A stretch of DNA of 64,000 nucleotides from Auanema rhodensis. Lineage: Eukaryota > Animalia > Nematoda. Positions 43,070-55,399 of the stretch are shown here, one piece after another. The stretch's first letter is position 1. Each line of letters starts with the position of its first letter. The stretch is from NCBI GenBank assembly GCA_964057225.1, contig OZ059895.1, positions 10,602,001 through 10,666,000 on the forward strand, written 5' to 3'. The translations under genes were made by a program, and so were the position numbers. The notes under the pieces were generated by a model. It saw nothing but the letters and a program-made list of their open reading frames with translations, made no database searches and was not told the origin of the DNA.

Positions 43070-45420
43070 AACTTAATATACGTGTTATGGTCTCTTATTT
43101 CAAAATTCGTTAAAGATTTGATTATCGAATTCTAATCCTTTGTCAGAAATGATTCTTTTCGGAATCTTGCGCCCATATCCTATCCACCTATCAGCAAACG
43201 CTCCAAGAACCGCCTCCGCCGATATTTCTTTTATAGGATAGATCTCACACCACTTAGAAAAAAAATCTACCACTACTAGCCCATACCGATTACCTTTCTG
43301 GCTCACGTTTAACTCTACCAGATCCATGCCAATCACTTCGAACGGACTTGAAGTTAATATAGGTTTTAAAGGCGGTACATTATGTTTGGTATAGTTCTCC
43401 ATAAAACAACTTTTTCTTTGTAGGCAGAATTTGACAATGTCTCTTCTCATACTTGGCCAAAAATACTTATTTTCAAGAGTTAGATAAAGTTTTTCTGAGC
43501 CAAAAAGACCAGACCATTGTCCACCGTGTTCCTCATTTAGAACTTTTTCCCTCTCACCTGGTGCTATTACTTCCCTAATTCTACCTTCCGGATCAGTGTA
43601 CCGCAATACATCATGTTGTAATGAAAAATCCGAACTCTCTACACAACAACCCTCTACCTTAATTCTGACTTTTGTTTCTTCCTTAATAGCTTTAAATAGC
43701 TCCTTCCAACCTTCTGCATTTTTGAACCAACAATGCTCTGCTCTTTCACTTCTAACCTCCGCTATCACAATTTCTTCTGCAAAAGAGAGCTTATCAATAA
43801 CTTCATTTTCCCATCTTAATGGTCCTCTACTGAGCTTATCGGCTACTCTATTAGCAGGTTCATTTATGTACTCCATTTCTATTTCGTACGCTCTCAATTT
43901 AACCGCCCACCTTGTTACTCTATTAGAGCAATCTTCCCCCCTAAACAGACATAACAACGGTTGATGATCCGTTCTCACAATCACCCGAACTCCATAAATA
44001 AAACAGTGAAACCGATCGCAAACGAAACACGATTGCTAACGCTTCTAGGTCTGTTATAGCATATTTTATTTCATGTTTGATTAAAGATCTAGAGCAAAAA
44101 GCTATAGGATGTAAATGTCCATCTACCCCTACTTGTGTAAGAACACCCCTCAGTTTTTCGTTTTAATTGGCGTTTCTGTTATTTTTTTCTTTAACGATTT
44201 CTTCTGTTGTTCCTTCCATTCAAATTTCACTCCTAATGCACATAAATCATACAACGGCCTGATTTCTGCAGCAAAGCCTTTTATAAACTTCCTGTAGTAT
44301 GACAGTGAACCTAAAAAAGATTTCAACTGGGTTGTATTCCTCGGAACCGGGTATTCTGATATGGCTGCAACTTTCATCGGAACTTTCAATTCTGGCTTGA
44401 AAAACTCACATTTCGACGGCTTTAACCGTAAATTAAATTTTCTAAAGGCTAAAAATAAGATCCTAAGTACCTGTAGATGTCTTGCTTGAGTGACTGTTGC
44501 CACTATTATATCATCCAGATAGACATGGATTTCGCTTCCAACTAGACCTGTTTCTGCTAAAACAGTATCGATCGCTCTTTGGAATATTGCAGGGCTATTA
44601 GCAATTTCAAAAGGCAGCCTGTTAAACTCATATAACCCTTTATGGGTTATGAAGGCTGTTTTTGGCTTGGCTTCTTTATCTAAGGGTAACTGCCAAAAGC
44701 CTCGTAAACAATCCACAGATGAAAAGAACTTAGCCCGTGCCAGATATTGTAAAATTACTTCTATATTTGGAAGTGGATATTTGTCACTTACAATCACCTT
44801 ATTCAATTCTCTGTAGTCTACGCATAGGCGAAGAGATTTATCTCTCTTTCTTACTAAAACAATAGGTGCTGCTCAAGGAGATTTGGACCTGCTTGTAATG
44901 CCCTCCCGTTCCATCTCCTCCAACAAACAACTCAATTCTTCCCTCAAGCTGGCTGGGACTGGCCGCACTTGTTGTGCTACGGGACGCGCCTTACTAGTAT
45001 CAATAGACGCTGGCTGCACTTTCATGCCGGCTAGGTTCTCTGCCTCACTGCTAAAAATCTCTGTGTACTCATTAATCACCTTGTCCAGCTGATATTTTTG
45101 ATCTTTTGGCAGGTGCCCCAACTTTACATCTTGAAACCCTCGATTAGGTTCCTTTATTTTAATTGTACTAACTATTGCCTCCCCCAACTGCAAAATTCTG
45201 GATCGCTTGATCAACTCTTAACCTAAAACCTCAAACGCTTTGAATCCCAAGATAATTTCCAAACTATTGGAGTTCCTCACAAAACAAGATATTACCGCTT
45301 TGTTCTCTGTGCTATAGAGTTCTATTTCTAGGTCAGCTTTACCAACTAAACTTAACTGTTCCCCATTTACCCCTGACAGTGTTTCTTCTGTCTCTTTAAC
45401 CACAACTTTCTTGCCCATCC
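43070..45420 (-). pseudogene. pol: Gypsy pol (protease remnant, RT, RNase H, integrase N-terminus and core)
   Basis: RT motifs SP*AAPIVLV, LRLCVDYRELN, YPLP, KTAFIT, LPF, VYLDD. RNaseH motifs VRTDHQPL and ADKLSR. Integrase motifs YFWPSM, IGMDL, VVVDFFSKW, ISDKGLEF. Broken into ORFs 44873-45214, 44150-44806 and 43100-43984; ends before the catalytic Glu. Confidence 0.95.
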
Positions 45421-46488
45421 TGTTCACTATGTTTTCTTCCACTGATAATGAAGTATAATATTTATCGTACAACCTGTCCAACTCTCTTATAAATTCAACA
45501 ACACTATTGTGACAATTAAAAATGGAAAGGTTTCTCAACCTTTTTTCATTTTCCAGTTTAAACATATCAAACTGATGCTGAAACAATGTTCCCAACCTTA
45601 TTAACTTTTCTTCAAATGGAAGCGCTTTTTTTATTGATTTGAACGTTTCTAACGCGAAACCCGATAGACTGCTAGCAAAATAAAACGATGCGCTTCTGTC
45701 GTCAAGTCTTTGATGCTCAAACTTGAATTTAAAAAGCTCAATATGATCAGCTAAACTTTCAAAACGCTTTTCTTCAGAAAAAGATGTCAGGACCACACTC
45801 TGTCTAGTTTTCGCAACCTTTTGCTCAGCTGCTACTTTTTCTTGGTTTCGCAGAAGGCTTTTGACCAGCGCTTCTAACCTGTAGGCATGCTCCAGCGGGC
45901 TAATAACCGTAGGTTGTTCTGCGCTAGACGGTGTGGCTGTATCTCTCTCCAGTTCAACAGATCTCTCTCTCGCTTGGCGCGGCAGCTCTGAGTTTTTTCC
46001 ATCAAAATATCTTTCTCCCTTTTTGCCTTATCTAATTTTCCTTTCTACTGATTAACCGCTATTGCCGTTTGATTCACTATAAAAATAGCTTCCTCGCATT
46101 TGGTATTTTTTTCCGATATCTCCTTCTCTTTCTCCTGAAAGACATGCTCTAAGCGCTTGCTCTCTCTCACTGCCTCATTTTCTCTCTGTTTCACCATAGC
46201 TAGCAACATGTTCAACTCGTTTTCGTCTGCCACATCATGTGTAGCTGAAACAGACGTAACGTTTTGTAGAAACGCAGGCACTCTCTCTTCCAAATGTAAA
46301 CTAAGACATTCTGAAAATAGCGATGAACTTACTGTTGTAACTGCCTCATTTATCAGACTGATAGCCTTATCCCCCACTTCCTGGAAATGACTTGCTTTTC
46401 GAAGTGCTACAACATTTCCTTTCATCTCTTTGATCTCCTGGACCTTAGTTTCTAAAAAATTCCGGAACTCATACTTGAGAGTACTCAA
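45421..46488 (-). pseudogene. gag: Gypsy gag-like region (coiled-coil N-terminus, capsid-like segment)
   Basis: Lies between PBS and pol. ORFs 46045-46488 (coiled-coil-like) and the first part of 45218-45796 (FASSLSGFALETFKSI) are interrupted and internally deleted. Confidence 0.7.
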
Positions 46489-46545
46489 AAAAAATTAAAC
46501 GAGAATCTTGACAAATAATTATCAAACAATTTTACCTTACAGCTT

Positions 46546-46559
46546 CGGTTCGGCCCCCA
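46546..46559 (-). promoter_or_regulatory. Primer-binding site complementary to tRNA-Pro 3' end
   Basis: Minus strand TGGGGGCCGAACCG lies directly after the LTR's terminal CA. It matches the nematode tRNA-Pro 3' end CGGTTCGGCCC-CCA as recalled. Confidence 0.85.
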
Positions 46560-46776
46560 TGTGATGCTTGTCTAGCCTAGTATCTTGTTCTATTCTAGCA
46601 ATTTTATGAACAATACAAGACTTTATTATATAAAAATATCTTTCTAGTTTCAATATTAATTAGTAACACAATTTAAATAACCCAATAAAACAAAATCAAA
46701 AACAATCAGAAAAAAAGGAGACCTTTGTCTCACCAGTGAGCCCGACTCAACTGACTCCCGTCCTCCTCTTATAACA
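46560..46776 (-). mobile_element. Gypsy 5' LTR (217 bp)
   Basis: TG...CA termini, adjacent PBS, and a second copy at 42810-43026. Confidence 0.93.
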
Positions 46777-46794
46777 TGAAAGTAGATCATGCAA

Positions 46795-47100
46795 AATTGA
46801 AAAGGTGAAACAAATTTTGTTAACACAGACACATATTAATCCTGTTTTCCGGCGGGCTCAAGTTGCTGTTTTGTTCGATATTCAAGAAAAATTAAAAAAA
46901 TTTAAATGTTTATTTTTAGCTCTAGAAATACGTGCAACATCTCATTCAACTCAAAATTAACTGTTCAATAATATAAATTAGGTTTTGTAACCATATATCC
47001 GTAGTAATCATGTTTTGCGGCGGGCTCAACTTGCTATTTCGTTCGATTTTTATTAAAAATTAAATTTTTTTTTAATTTTTTTTTTAGCCCTAGAAATGCG
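46795..47100 (+). repeat. About two diverged satellite monomers, forward orientation
   Basis: Contains CAAATTTTGTTAACACAGACACATATTAATC, CGGCGGGCTCAAG and TAGCCCTAGAAAT. Confidence 0.93.
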
Positions 47101-47173
47101 TAAAACATAGATGCAAGCAGGATACTCATACTAAATTGAATTGGGTCCGACGAATACAAAAATATTATTTACG

Positions 47174-47232
47174 ATCATTACTTGCCATTGGGCTTGTGCA
47201 TTATTAAATGATTATTTCCCACTGGGCTTGGA
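47174..47232 (+). repeat. Left (sub)terminal inverted repeat built from a 34-bp unit
   Basis: ATTACTTGCCATTGGGCTTGTGCATTATTAAATG followed by ATTATTTCCCACTGGGCTTG (period 34). Reverse complement at 56252-56300. Confidence 0.85.
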
Positions 47233-47365
47233 ATACAAAAATAAATGAAAAAAGAATAATAATATAGATAAATTTTATTGACTTAATATTAATTATTAAA
47301 TATCACAAGAAAGCCAGAAAAAATGTACAAAAAATTGATTAAAAAACACATGATTTCACAGATTA

Positions 47366-49373
47366 TTATTTCTTATTATTAGCCGGTTTGCGTGTTCTTT
47401 TATGTTTAATGAACTGTGCATCCATCTCCTTTTTTTTTCTGTTATTTTTTCAAAAAACAGTTTATTAGCCGGGAATATGTAAGCCTTTCCAGTGAATCTC
47501 GGTCCGAATTTAATGAAGAGTTTTTTGATTCAGAAAAGCCGATTACTTTTGCGGGGCACTTGTACCAATTCATTCGACTTTCTTTCACAATATGAACTAT
47601 GGTCCCACTGGCGCACGGTGCGTTGGTCTATATAAAAAGAGTAGTTTAATAATTGGTTTAAAAACCTTTTTCATCCGTGTACATATTATATATTTTTGTG
47701 TCCCCATCGTTATTTTTATTAGCCGTGAATGATACAGCATGGAGGGAAGTTGGAAATCGTGAAGCCGCTGTTGGAGATTGTGAAGATTGTGAAGCCGCTG
47801 ATAGAGATTCTGTAGTATTCATAGCCGAAGATATAGGTGTAACCGATCTTGAAGGTCTGCTAGAAGTAGATACCGATGGTTGACTGCAATTCGAAACCGA
47901 CGATTCAGACGAAGAACGCGATCGTGGAGTATCCAAGCTCAAAGTAATGTACTTCTAAAAAAATACTATACTATGATAAGTAATAAAGAATTAATTTTTT
48001 TTTGCCGGCGGCTCCGTACTCTGATCTTCTATAGCCCTAGTCGTTTTTGGGGTATTCATGCTCAAAGAAAAAACCTGTTTGAATTTATATAAGATGTTAT
48101 GTGTGGTTATAAAGCAACTAACCTGCTCTTGTGGTAATACCAAAACAGTGGGGGTGGCTAGGTGCATGCAAGCCGTACCGAGCTTTAATTAATACACAGT
48201 CATACTAACAATGGAGTTAACACTTACTAGACTATTGTCTAAACTTAGAAGTTGTGACATCAATCGTTTCTTGTATGTCCTCTGGTTTTTTTCATAAATG
48301 CCGGTTTAGTAGTACTTCGACAAAAAAAAATCCGTCTCATTTAATCTTTATTATCTGAATTATCTGGAGGTTTCTAAAAAAATATATTTATTAATAATAC
48401 CGAGATTCATTCAAATGAGTGATAAACTTACTATCGGATACAGAAACGTGTCGCACAGTCTTTCATTAAAAAAAATTCCTGCGTTGAGAAAGACTCAGCC
48501 GGTCTGCTTAAAGTATACAAGCCAATGAAACAACAATATTTACAAAATAAGAATGCTGCTGTAATCTGAGCCATGTTATAGACGAAGTTTTCATCTGAGA
48601 TTAGTGGTCTTAGATGAATAACATCACAATAAGTTGAGCCGTTTAAATATAGAACTGTTAAAGAAATAAAAAATTAAGGCTCACTGTTTTTGCCTGGCAG
48701 CCGTAGCGACCAAGACCTTTTCCATTACCACTGTTCTTGCAAGCCGTGGTAGGTATATGGTCATGTCCCCTTGTACATTTACACCGAACATAAGGCTTTG
48801 TTGACCCGATCTGAAAAAAGATATATGTTAAAAAACTATAACTAATAATATTCTACCTGTATTTCGATTTCAGTTTTATATAAAGAGGTGTCTCAAAAGC
48901 CTGCCGCGGAATCAATGTTTTAAAAATACAGCCGTCTCCCAAATAAGTCACCGGTTCCGCTAATTAAAACAGAGTTGAGAGAAAAGCAAGAAGCTGTATT
49001 GAATGTAGGGGCTGAAATGAATTAATTAAAATTAAAAAAAAATTGAATCTACATTATCCCTGCGCCATTCAAGAGTTTTATGCTCATAGCCGACAATTAT
49101 AAGATGATACTGTACTTAGAGAGTGAACCAAGTACAGACTTCTCCCTGCCTAGCCGATACAAGCGCAGCCGGTAGCTAAATGTTAATAATATAATAATAT
49201 AACAATAGTAATAAATTAATAATAATATAACATTTATGAATATAATAAGACCTTGCCACGAAAGTATTGCGCAGCCGTTTGTCCACATCATTGCCTATGA
49301 TCGCATAGGAAGTCGGTGATAGGTCGCGGAAGTAATATGAATGTAACTCTTTGAACAATAATTTTACATCCAT
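47366..49373 (-). pseudogene. Multi-exon gene of unknown function carried by the element (Ser-rich linker, basic C-terminus)
   Basis: TTCAG|ATG at 49373 (MDVKLLFKELHSYYFRD...). GC-richer exons are separated by short AT-rich GT-AG introns (exon peptides LAEPVTYLGDGCIFKTLIPRQAFETPLYIKLKSKY, SGQQSLMFGVNVQGDMTIYLPRLARTVV, LYLNGSTYCDVIHLRPLISDENFVYNMAQ). Ser-rich exon 47658-47942; likely end ...KHKRTRKPANNKK*. Several stops and frameshifts. Confidence 0.65.
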
Positions 49374-49403
49374 CTGAAGTTAGAAATTAAAATTAAAAAC
49401 AAT

Positions 49404-49436
49404 AAAAAAAAAAAATATATATATATATATATATTG

Positions 49437-49470
<34 letters not shown>
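49404..49470. repeat. Poly-A, (AT)n and (TAA)n microsatellite in the AT-rich spacer between the divergent genes
   Basis: Directly visible runs of about A12, (AT)10 and (TAA)11. Confidence 0.9.
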
Positions 49471-49473
<3 letters not shown>

Positions 49474-50905
49474 TAATATATAATAAAATATAATACAAAA
49501 CAATAATGATCAATAATTAGCATAGCTTATGTACATTCAATATTTAAATATTCAAAAGCGCCTCAAGACTCACTAAATTATAAATTATAACACTGCTGTA
49601 TAGATATTAATAGTTATGCTACATTTAATATGTCGTCTTGGGAAGAAAACTTATTTCATAATTATTCAATTATTACAATAAATTATTGATTAATTATTAT
49701 CAAATATATTCTGCTTTTCATTTAATTATTTTTATTTGAGTTTTTTTACATACAGTTCGGCCTCCTTTTTAAAATCATTTTGTATTTTATATTATGTTTA
49801 TTTATATTTTTTATTTATTTTAAGATGCAGTTAAGCAGTTGGGAGATACGAAGAAGTTACAGTTCGGCAAACTGGACTGGAAATAAAAAAAATTGGAATA
49901 GGACGAGGGTTTTTTAACTCTTTTGAAATTATTTTTATTTGTTTAGGAGTTTTCACGAAGAAAACATTTAAAAAAAATGTGGTAGTAACGGCTTATTATA
50001 TTAACAAAGATGAAAAACCAACGGAAGAGATGGATGATTATTCCATCTCTTTAACTACGGGCGGAACATCATACAACGGCTATCGAAAAGCGGTGGAGTT
50101 TAAAAAAGAAGACGGCTTCAGATATTACGGAAACCTTATTAGCCATGCCACGGGCAGTCATGCGAATACTCGGCTTTAAAATAAAACAAGACAGGGCGTG
50201 CGAATGATATTGGTAATTACAAAGCGGCTAATATATTGTGGAGAGCAGCTACTAATTGATTACTATGAGTTTGTTTTTTTCCCATGTTTTTTATATAGCC
50301 TTTACTCAGTGGTGGCGGACGTTGCTTGATAAGACATCAGTACGATTGTATTTGTTGTAAATGTCGGAATTCCTGGTGCTACTGTTATAAGCACGATGCC
50401 ATGCAACTCACGGCGGCTTTCGAAAGGTATATAAAATATAAAAATATCAGTATATAAAAAAAATCTCATGAATCTAAATTCAGTAAACTTATTGTATTTC
50501 CTAATAATGAAGCGGAATTGGGTGATGGAAAGGAAAAGCGGCTATGCCCATTTTGTATAAAAATTGTAGATCGGAAATTTAAGAGTTGTTACCGGGACCA
50601 TATAAAAAAAAACAGCGGCGGGATAGATAAGTTCAAAGAGTTTATTTCTTGGTATGTTTCTTTTTCATTATTAATTTTTTCACATTTCATTTGTGGGTGG
50701 CGGAAGAATAAACATTCTGGAATAGCCGCGGATCTATTAAAAAAGTTCTTGGAGGAAGAACAGAATAAAATACAACAGAAAAATACGGCTTCAACGGCTG
50801 ACATTGAGGATGATGACGACGGCGGCTTACCTCATTTGGTTAGTTCTTTTTTAGTTTTCAAAGGTTCTTTGGGACCCACTTAATTTTCAAAATAAATTAA
50901 GTGGG

Positions 50906-52750
50906 TGTCGTTCCATCCGGATGATCAATACGTAGCAGGCGGGTTAGAGCTAGACGACAAGAGACGAGAGGAGCTGAAACGCCCTTTAAATGGAACTCAG
51001 ACAGTTCTGTCTCATGGAATGACTAAGGATGGCTTGTCATCTCCTCGGAGCTCACCTATAGTTTATATCTCTTCATTTCTTATCGTAACTTATTGTAACC
51101 ATTATGTAGAATAAACCTTTCTTTTCATGAGTCTTATGTTTATCCATTATGCTCTATTAATACCGCTACATCTGAAACACTATATCGCACATCTTATAGA
51201 CTACATTGGTCTATAGGATAGATGCGAGAGCATAACGGAAGGTTGGAGGTTCCACCTCGAACGTTTCTTTTACTTTCTCTTATTTTCTTAAATTTTATTC
51301 ACTCTTGTAATAATCATTTTCTTTTTAACTTTCTCCTATTCATTGCCATCTTCTCCACGCTAAAACACAAAACGGAAGAGCCAACATCGTTATAGGGAAC
51401 AGATGCAAGGAACTCTCATAATAAGAGAGTAAAATTATACATTTTGGGAAGAATTTATTTTACTTGATCCCGTTGTTCACAATTTTGTCATGTCTGAAAA
51501 TAAGTCACATATCCTTGCTATTAACATCTGATTTATACTGTTACCCGACCTCGAAGCCACATGAGGACTTTAGGCTGAATTCGTGAACAGATTCACCTAA
51601 AGATTTTATATATTTTGACTATTACCCACACCATTCTCCTTTTTAGGATTAATTTCGGCTTTGATTAAAGAATAACTCCAGTTATTCCTTAAATTTTGTG
51701 GATGAAAAGCATGCCAATTTGAAATTTAAATAATTTTGCGATGAGGACTATTACATTTTGCGTTTAAAATCGTTCAGACAACCTTTAGCATTTACCATCC
51801 AAAAACATAACAAAACGCTTAAAAATTGTACGGGAAACCTCACAACAAGTGAGAGGATGTTTAATTTTAATAACTTATATTCGCTATAGTCCGAAAAATC
51901 CTGCGATATTCTTACAAACTGATCTCCCAATTTAAATTTATTCGTCAGGTCGAGTTGGCTTAAGCATATCAGTTTGGATTTTCTCCCTTTACTATATGTC
52001 ACCTTCCTCATACCGTTATTGTTGTTTTGAAGCATAAGACTCATTCCTAAACACCATAATTCTGTAAATATAGTTATTGTAATTTTTAGTCATCTATTTC
52101 TAGCCATAATTTTAAAACTAGATTTCTGATCATTATGGGACTACCGTACTCATTCGTTTTCTAAATTGCTTCCTCAAAGAGTAAGAGTGTCGCTATCATC
52201 AACGAAGAGACAGCAGAGGAGAAGCCGAACGTGGAAAAATTTTACACACCCCGCGCAGGTACGTTTTCTCCTTCAGAACATTCTAGTGATCCGGACTACA
52301 TACCATCTGGAGACGACGAGCGACCCTTGATCATAGACGAACAGACACCTAACCAATATAATCAAACAGAGCACATTACTCCTCAGGAAGTTCAAAATCT
52401 GCACATACAGTAATAGCTGTTCCGAAAAAAATGACTGAGCCCGCAACCAATTTACCCGGAGCGGGGAAAACAACAATTGCCCAAGTTTTGACAGCACCCT
52501 ACTGCCCTGTTTATGACGGTAGCCTCAATTTCCGCGACTTTACCGCTAAATTTAATGTCTTCGCTAATGCACTTGGCCTAGTGATACCTGAAAGGTTGAC
52601 TCTTCTGCCGTTGCTTCTTAAAAATGATGCGGCAAAAGAACCATACAAACAAACTCCTGAACACCTTAAAACATCGAGTTCATGAAACGATATATTGCAC
52701 ATCTTATAGACTACATTGGTCTATAGGATAGATGCGAGAGCACAACGGAA
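50906..52750 (+). mobile_element. Truncated LTR retrotransposon (5' LTR, long leader, gag fragment) inside an intron
   Basis: Putative LTR 50906-51170 (TGTCG...CTACA, AATAAA at 51110) and a gag-like peptide downstream. Lies between donor TTG|GTTAGT (50839) and acceptor TTTACAG (52786), which join in frame. Confidence 0.75.
52135..52685 (+). pseudogene. gag: Gypsy-like gag fragment
   Basis: CPVYDGSLNFRDFTAKFNVFANALGL...LLPLLLKNDA resembles the retrotransposon capsid N-terminal pattern. In-frame stops upstream. Confidence 0.7.
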
Positions 52751-53991
52751 TGGTCCCAACAATTTAAATAATTTTTACATTTACAGAAAGAAATCCAGTA
52801 TTGGAAAAGGGGAATCAGATGTAAATTGATAAAGGAACTCGCCTACTATCTACCCCAATCTGAGGTACATCCCATGTTAACGGCTTTCGAAAAAAACGAC
52901 GACGGCTTTCCCCTGAGCATGATGAAGAAAAAAAAGTACAAAGTTGAGGACAGTAGAGTATGTTATTATTAATTTACTATTTAAATTTGTTTTTTTACAG
53001 AGGCAAAAGGCTAACAAGGTTGAAACGGCTACTTTTAAAACTTAGTCCAGCTTTATATATTTCACTATGCGGCTGAAAAAATCCAGGAATGTTGATATTT
53101 TAGATATGTGAGGTTAAAAAAGTGTTCAGTATTTTTCTTTTTCTTTCAAATGTTTTTTTAAGGCTTCCAAAAAATTGATCGAAATTGTTCAACATCAAAT
53201 AACGGCTGTCAACAATAAATACTCTTTGTTGACATTTACGAACGATTTAGGTCGGGCTTTCAACACCTTGTCCAGGTTTGAATCAGAAGACGGCTTTCCT
53301 CAATTGGTGGCATCCATACGACGGCTGAAAAAAATAGTGGAACCTGTGAGTTAGGCTTTCATTTTCTCTCGGACGTAATTTTAGATTATAAAATTTAATG
53401 AAACTAACGAAAGCTCAAATGGAATTTACCGACGTTCTTCACCAGCTACAAAAAATTCCATAGCTTCGCTAGACCACGGCTGCAAAAACTGGTAGCGGAA
53501 TATAAAGATATTGATAAAGTAAGAAAATAAAAAATAATTTTTTTCTTTCAGATCGCGGAAAAAATAAAATTAATGAGGAAATGTTCGGTTTACCTATGCT
53601 TTCACTTACTATATAATCTCGGTGTCCAAAGTGAAATTTTTTACAAGATTAAAACTAACGATATGATGGCGGCTTTGGAGAGAAGATCTGATCAATATGA
53701 AACGGCTTTGGTACCTTTTTTTTCAAAGAACGGACAAACATTATACGTGGTGGTTAATCTGGAATTGATGGCTCTCTATGAATTTTACATGAAAGAGAGG
53801 TAGCAAATACTATTATATCTTTTATTCATTACTTCCAGAATTAAATTATTTCCGAATAAATTATATTTATTCGCTAACTCGGAGAGCGATAATCTGAACG
53901 CGGCTTGCAATAATATGGTAGAATCAGCTTCTGTATTTCCGGAATTCTTGCATACAATAGCTTATGAGTTGATATTATTTAGACGTACCTA

Positions 53992-55399
53992 CAGTCCTGT
54001 GCGAAATAGTTGGGACACCCTCAACTAAAAGACCCCAGAAACCCACTTCAAACTACAAAAAAAAATTTCAAAAAATTAATTTAGGTTTCAGGATCAAGTA
54101 TCAAGAGATATTGATTGAAAATAGACTTTAAAATGATGAAAACTGAATTTTTAAAAAATAATTTAAGTTTAAAATTGAATTTTATGCTGATTTCATTGTT
54201 TTGCATAATTAAAAATGAAAATTCATAATTTAAGATGGTTAGAGGCAAGAAAACTACCCCTGAAGTACAAAACATTGTTCTAAGCATGAAGAATAGAGGG
54301 TTCAGCGTACGGAAGATAAGTCAGCTACTGACTTTGCCGAAGAGTACGATTCAAAATATTTGGAAAGCTTCACAAGAACCATACCAAATGGAGACAAGAA
54401 GAAGAGGAAGAAAAACAACAGTAGGACAAGATAATGTATTAATTAAACTCGTAGAGCGGCATCCGGATATCACGTCATCCGAGTTAAGCCAACATCTTCT
54501 AAGAATGTTCAGGATTAGGCTTGATCCTTCGAATATTCGACGAAGATTGTTGGCGAGAAATCTAAGAGCTCGAGTTCCTGCACGAAAGCCTCTAATATCG
54601 GTTGGTAACAGGCAGAAGAGAATAGATTTTGCCCGAGAGCATTTAAACTGGACGTTCGAAGATTGGTCATCTGTAATATTCACAGATGAGAGCAAGTTCT
54701 GCCTGTTTGGAAACGATAGACCAGGATTTGTAAGAAGACCTCGAAATCAACGCTTCAACCCTAAATACATGCTACCCACGGTGAAGCATGGTGGCGGCAA
54801 CGTCATGGTTTGGGGCTGCTTTTGTGCTTCCGAAGTTGGCCCTCTTTTTCGTATAGAAGGCAGGATGTGTGCCGAAGATTACCAAAATATATTAGAAGAA
54901 TGTTTCCTGCCGTATGCTGTATCAAAATTTGGAACAAGAAATCGGTTCATTCTTCAACAAGATAATGATCCGAAGCACACTGCTCGTTCGACTACAAGGT
55001 TTCTGGAGGACAATCGCCTGAACGTGCTGAAATGGCCTAGCCAATCTCCAGATCTCAACCCTATTGAGCATCTTTGGAGGGACTTGGCCGACGTTCATCG
55101 CAATTCCCATGTTCGAACAAAGATGAGAAATTCAGAGTCCTACGAACACTCTGAAGAGAAATAACACCGACTCTTCTGAAGAAACTCGTCGAATCGATGC
55201 CCAGAAGACTTCAGGCAGTAATTGATAATTTTGGCTATCCTACTAAATATTAATAAACGTGTTAATTTCAATTTTTAATTTTAGATTTTTTTTTTAGAGT
55301 TTTTGAATACTCATCATATTTTTTTTCGATTTTTTTGTAGTTTGTTTCGAAAGATATGAGGGATTCTAGTAAGTGTCCCAACTATTTCGCACAGGACTG
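53992..55399 (+). mobile_element. Tc1 (DD34E) DNA transposon, 1408 bp
   Basis: Perfect 27-bp TIRs CAGTCCTGTGCGAAATAGTTGGGACAC (53992-54018 and 55373-55399). TA target duplication at 53990-53991 and 55400-55401. Confidence 0.98.
54235..55253 (+). pseudogene. Tc1 transposase with C-terminal frameshift and stop
   Basis: HTH N-terminus, WSSVIFTDESKF, VMVWGCF, QQDNDPKH-(34 aa)-SPDLNPIEHLW. The canonical end LVESMPRRLQAVIDNFGYPTKY* is in another frame after ~55117, with TGA at 55152. Confidence 0.95.

Larger units (their letters stand above)
43070..46776 (-). mobile_element. Decayed, 3'-truncated Ty3/Gypsy LTR retrotransposon
   Basis: Order on minus strand is LTR, PBS, gag, protease remnant, RT, RNaseH, integrase (Gypsy order). 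Multiple stops and deletions. Confidence 0.95.

Noticed and set aside
43596-46390. Plus-strand ORFs 43596-43964, 44115-44297, 44883-45092, 46157-46390
   Set aside because: Antisense shadows of Gypsy gag/pol.
47366-47630. Tudor/PWWP-like domain (GTIVHIVKESRMNWYKCPAKVIGFSESKKLFIKF)
   Set aside because: Needs a frameshift that neither copy (47.5 kb or 39.3 kb) supports, and the differences between copies are all non-synonymous in that frame.
51398-51420. Similarity of AGATGCAAGGAACTCTCATA to AGATGCAAGCAGGATACTCATA at ~47109
   Set aside because: Too short and gapped to support homology.
52452-52480. P-loop-like GAGKTT
   Set aside because: Lies in a gag fragment with no ATPase context (no preceding strand, no Walker B).
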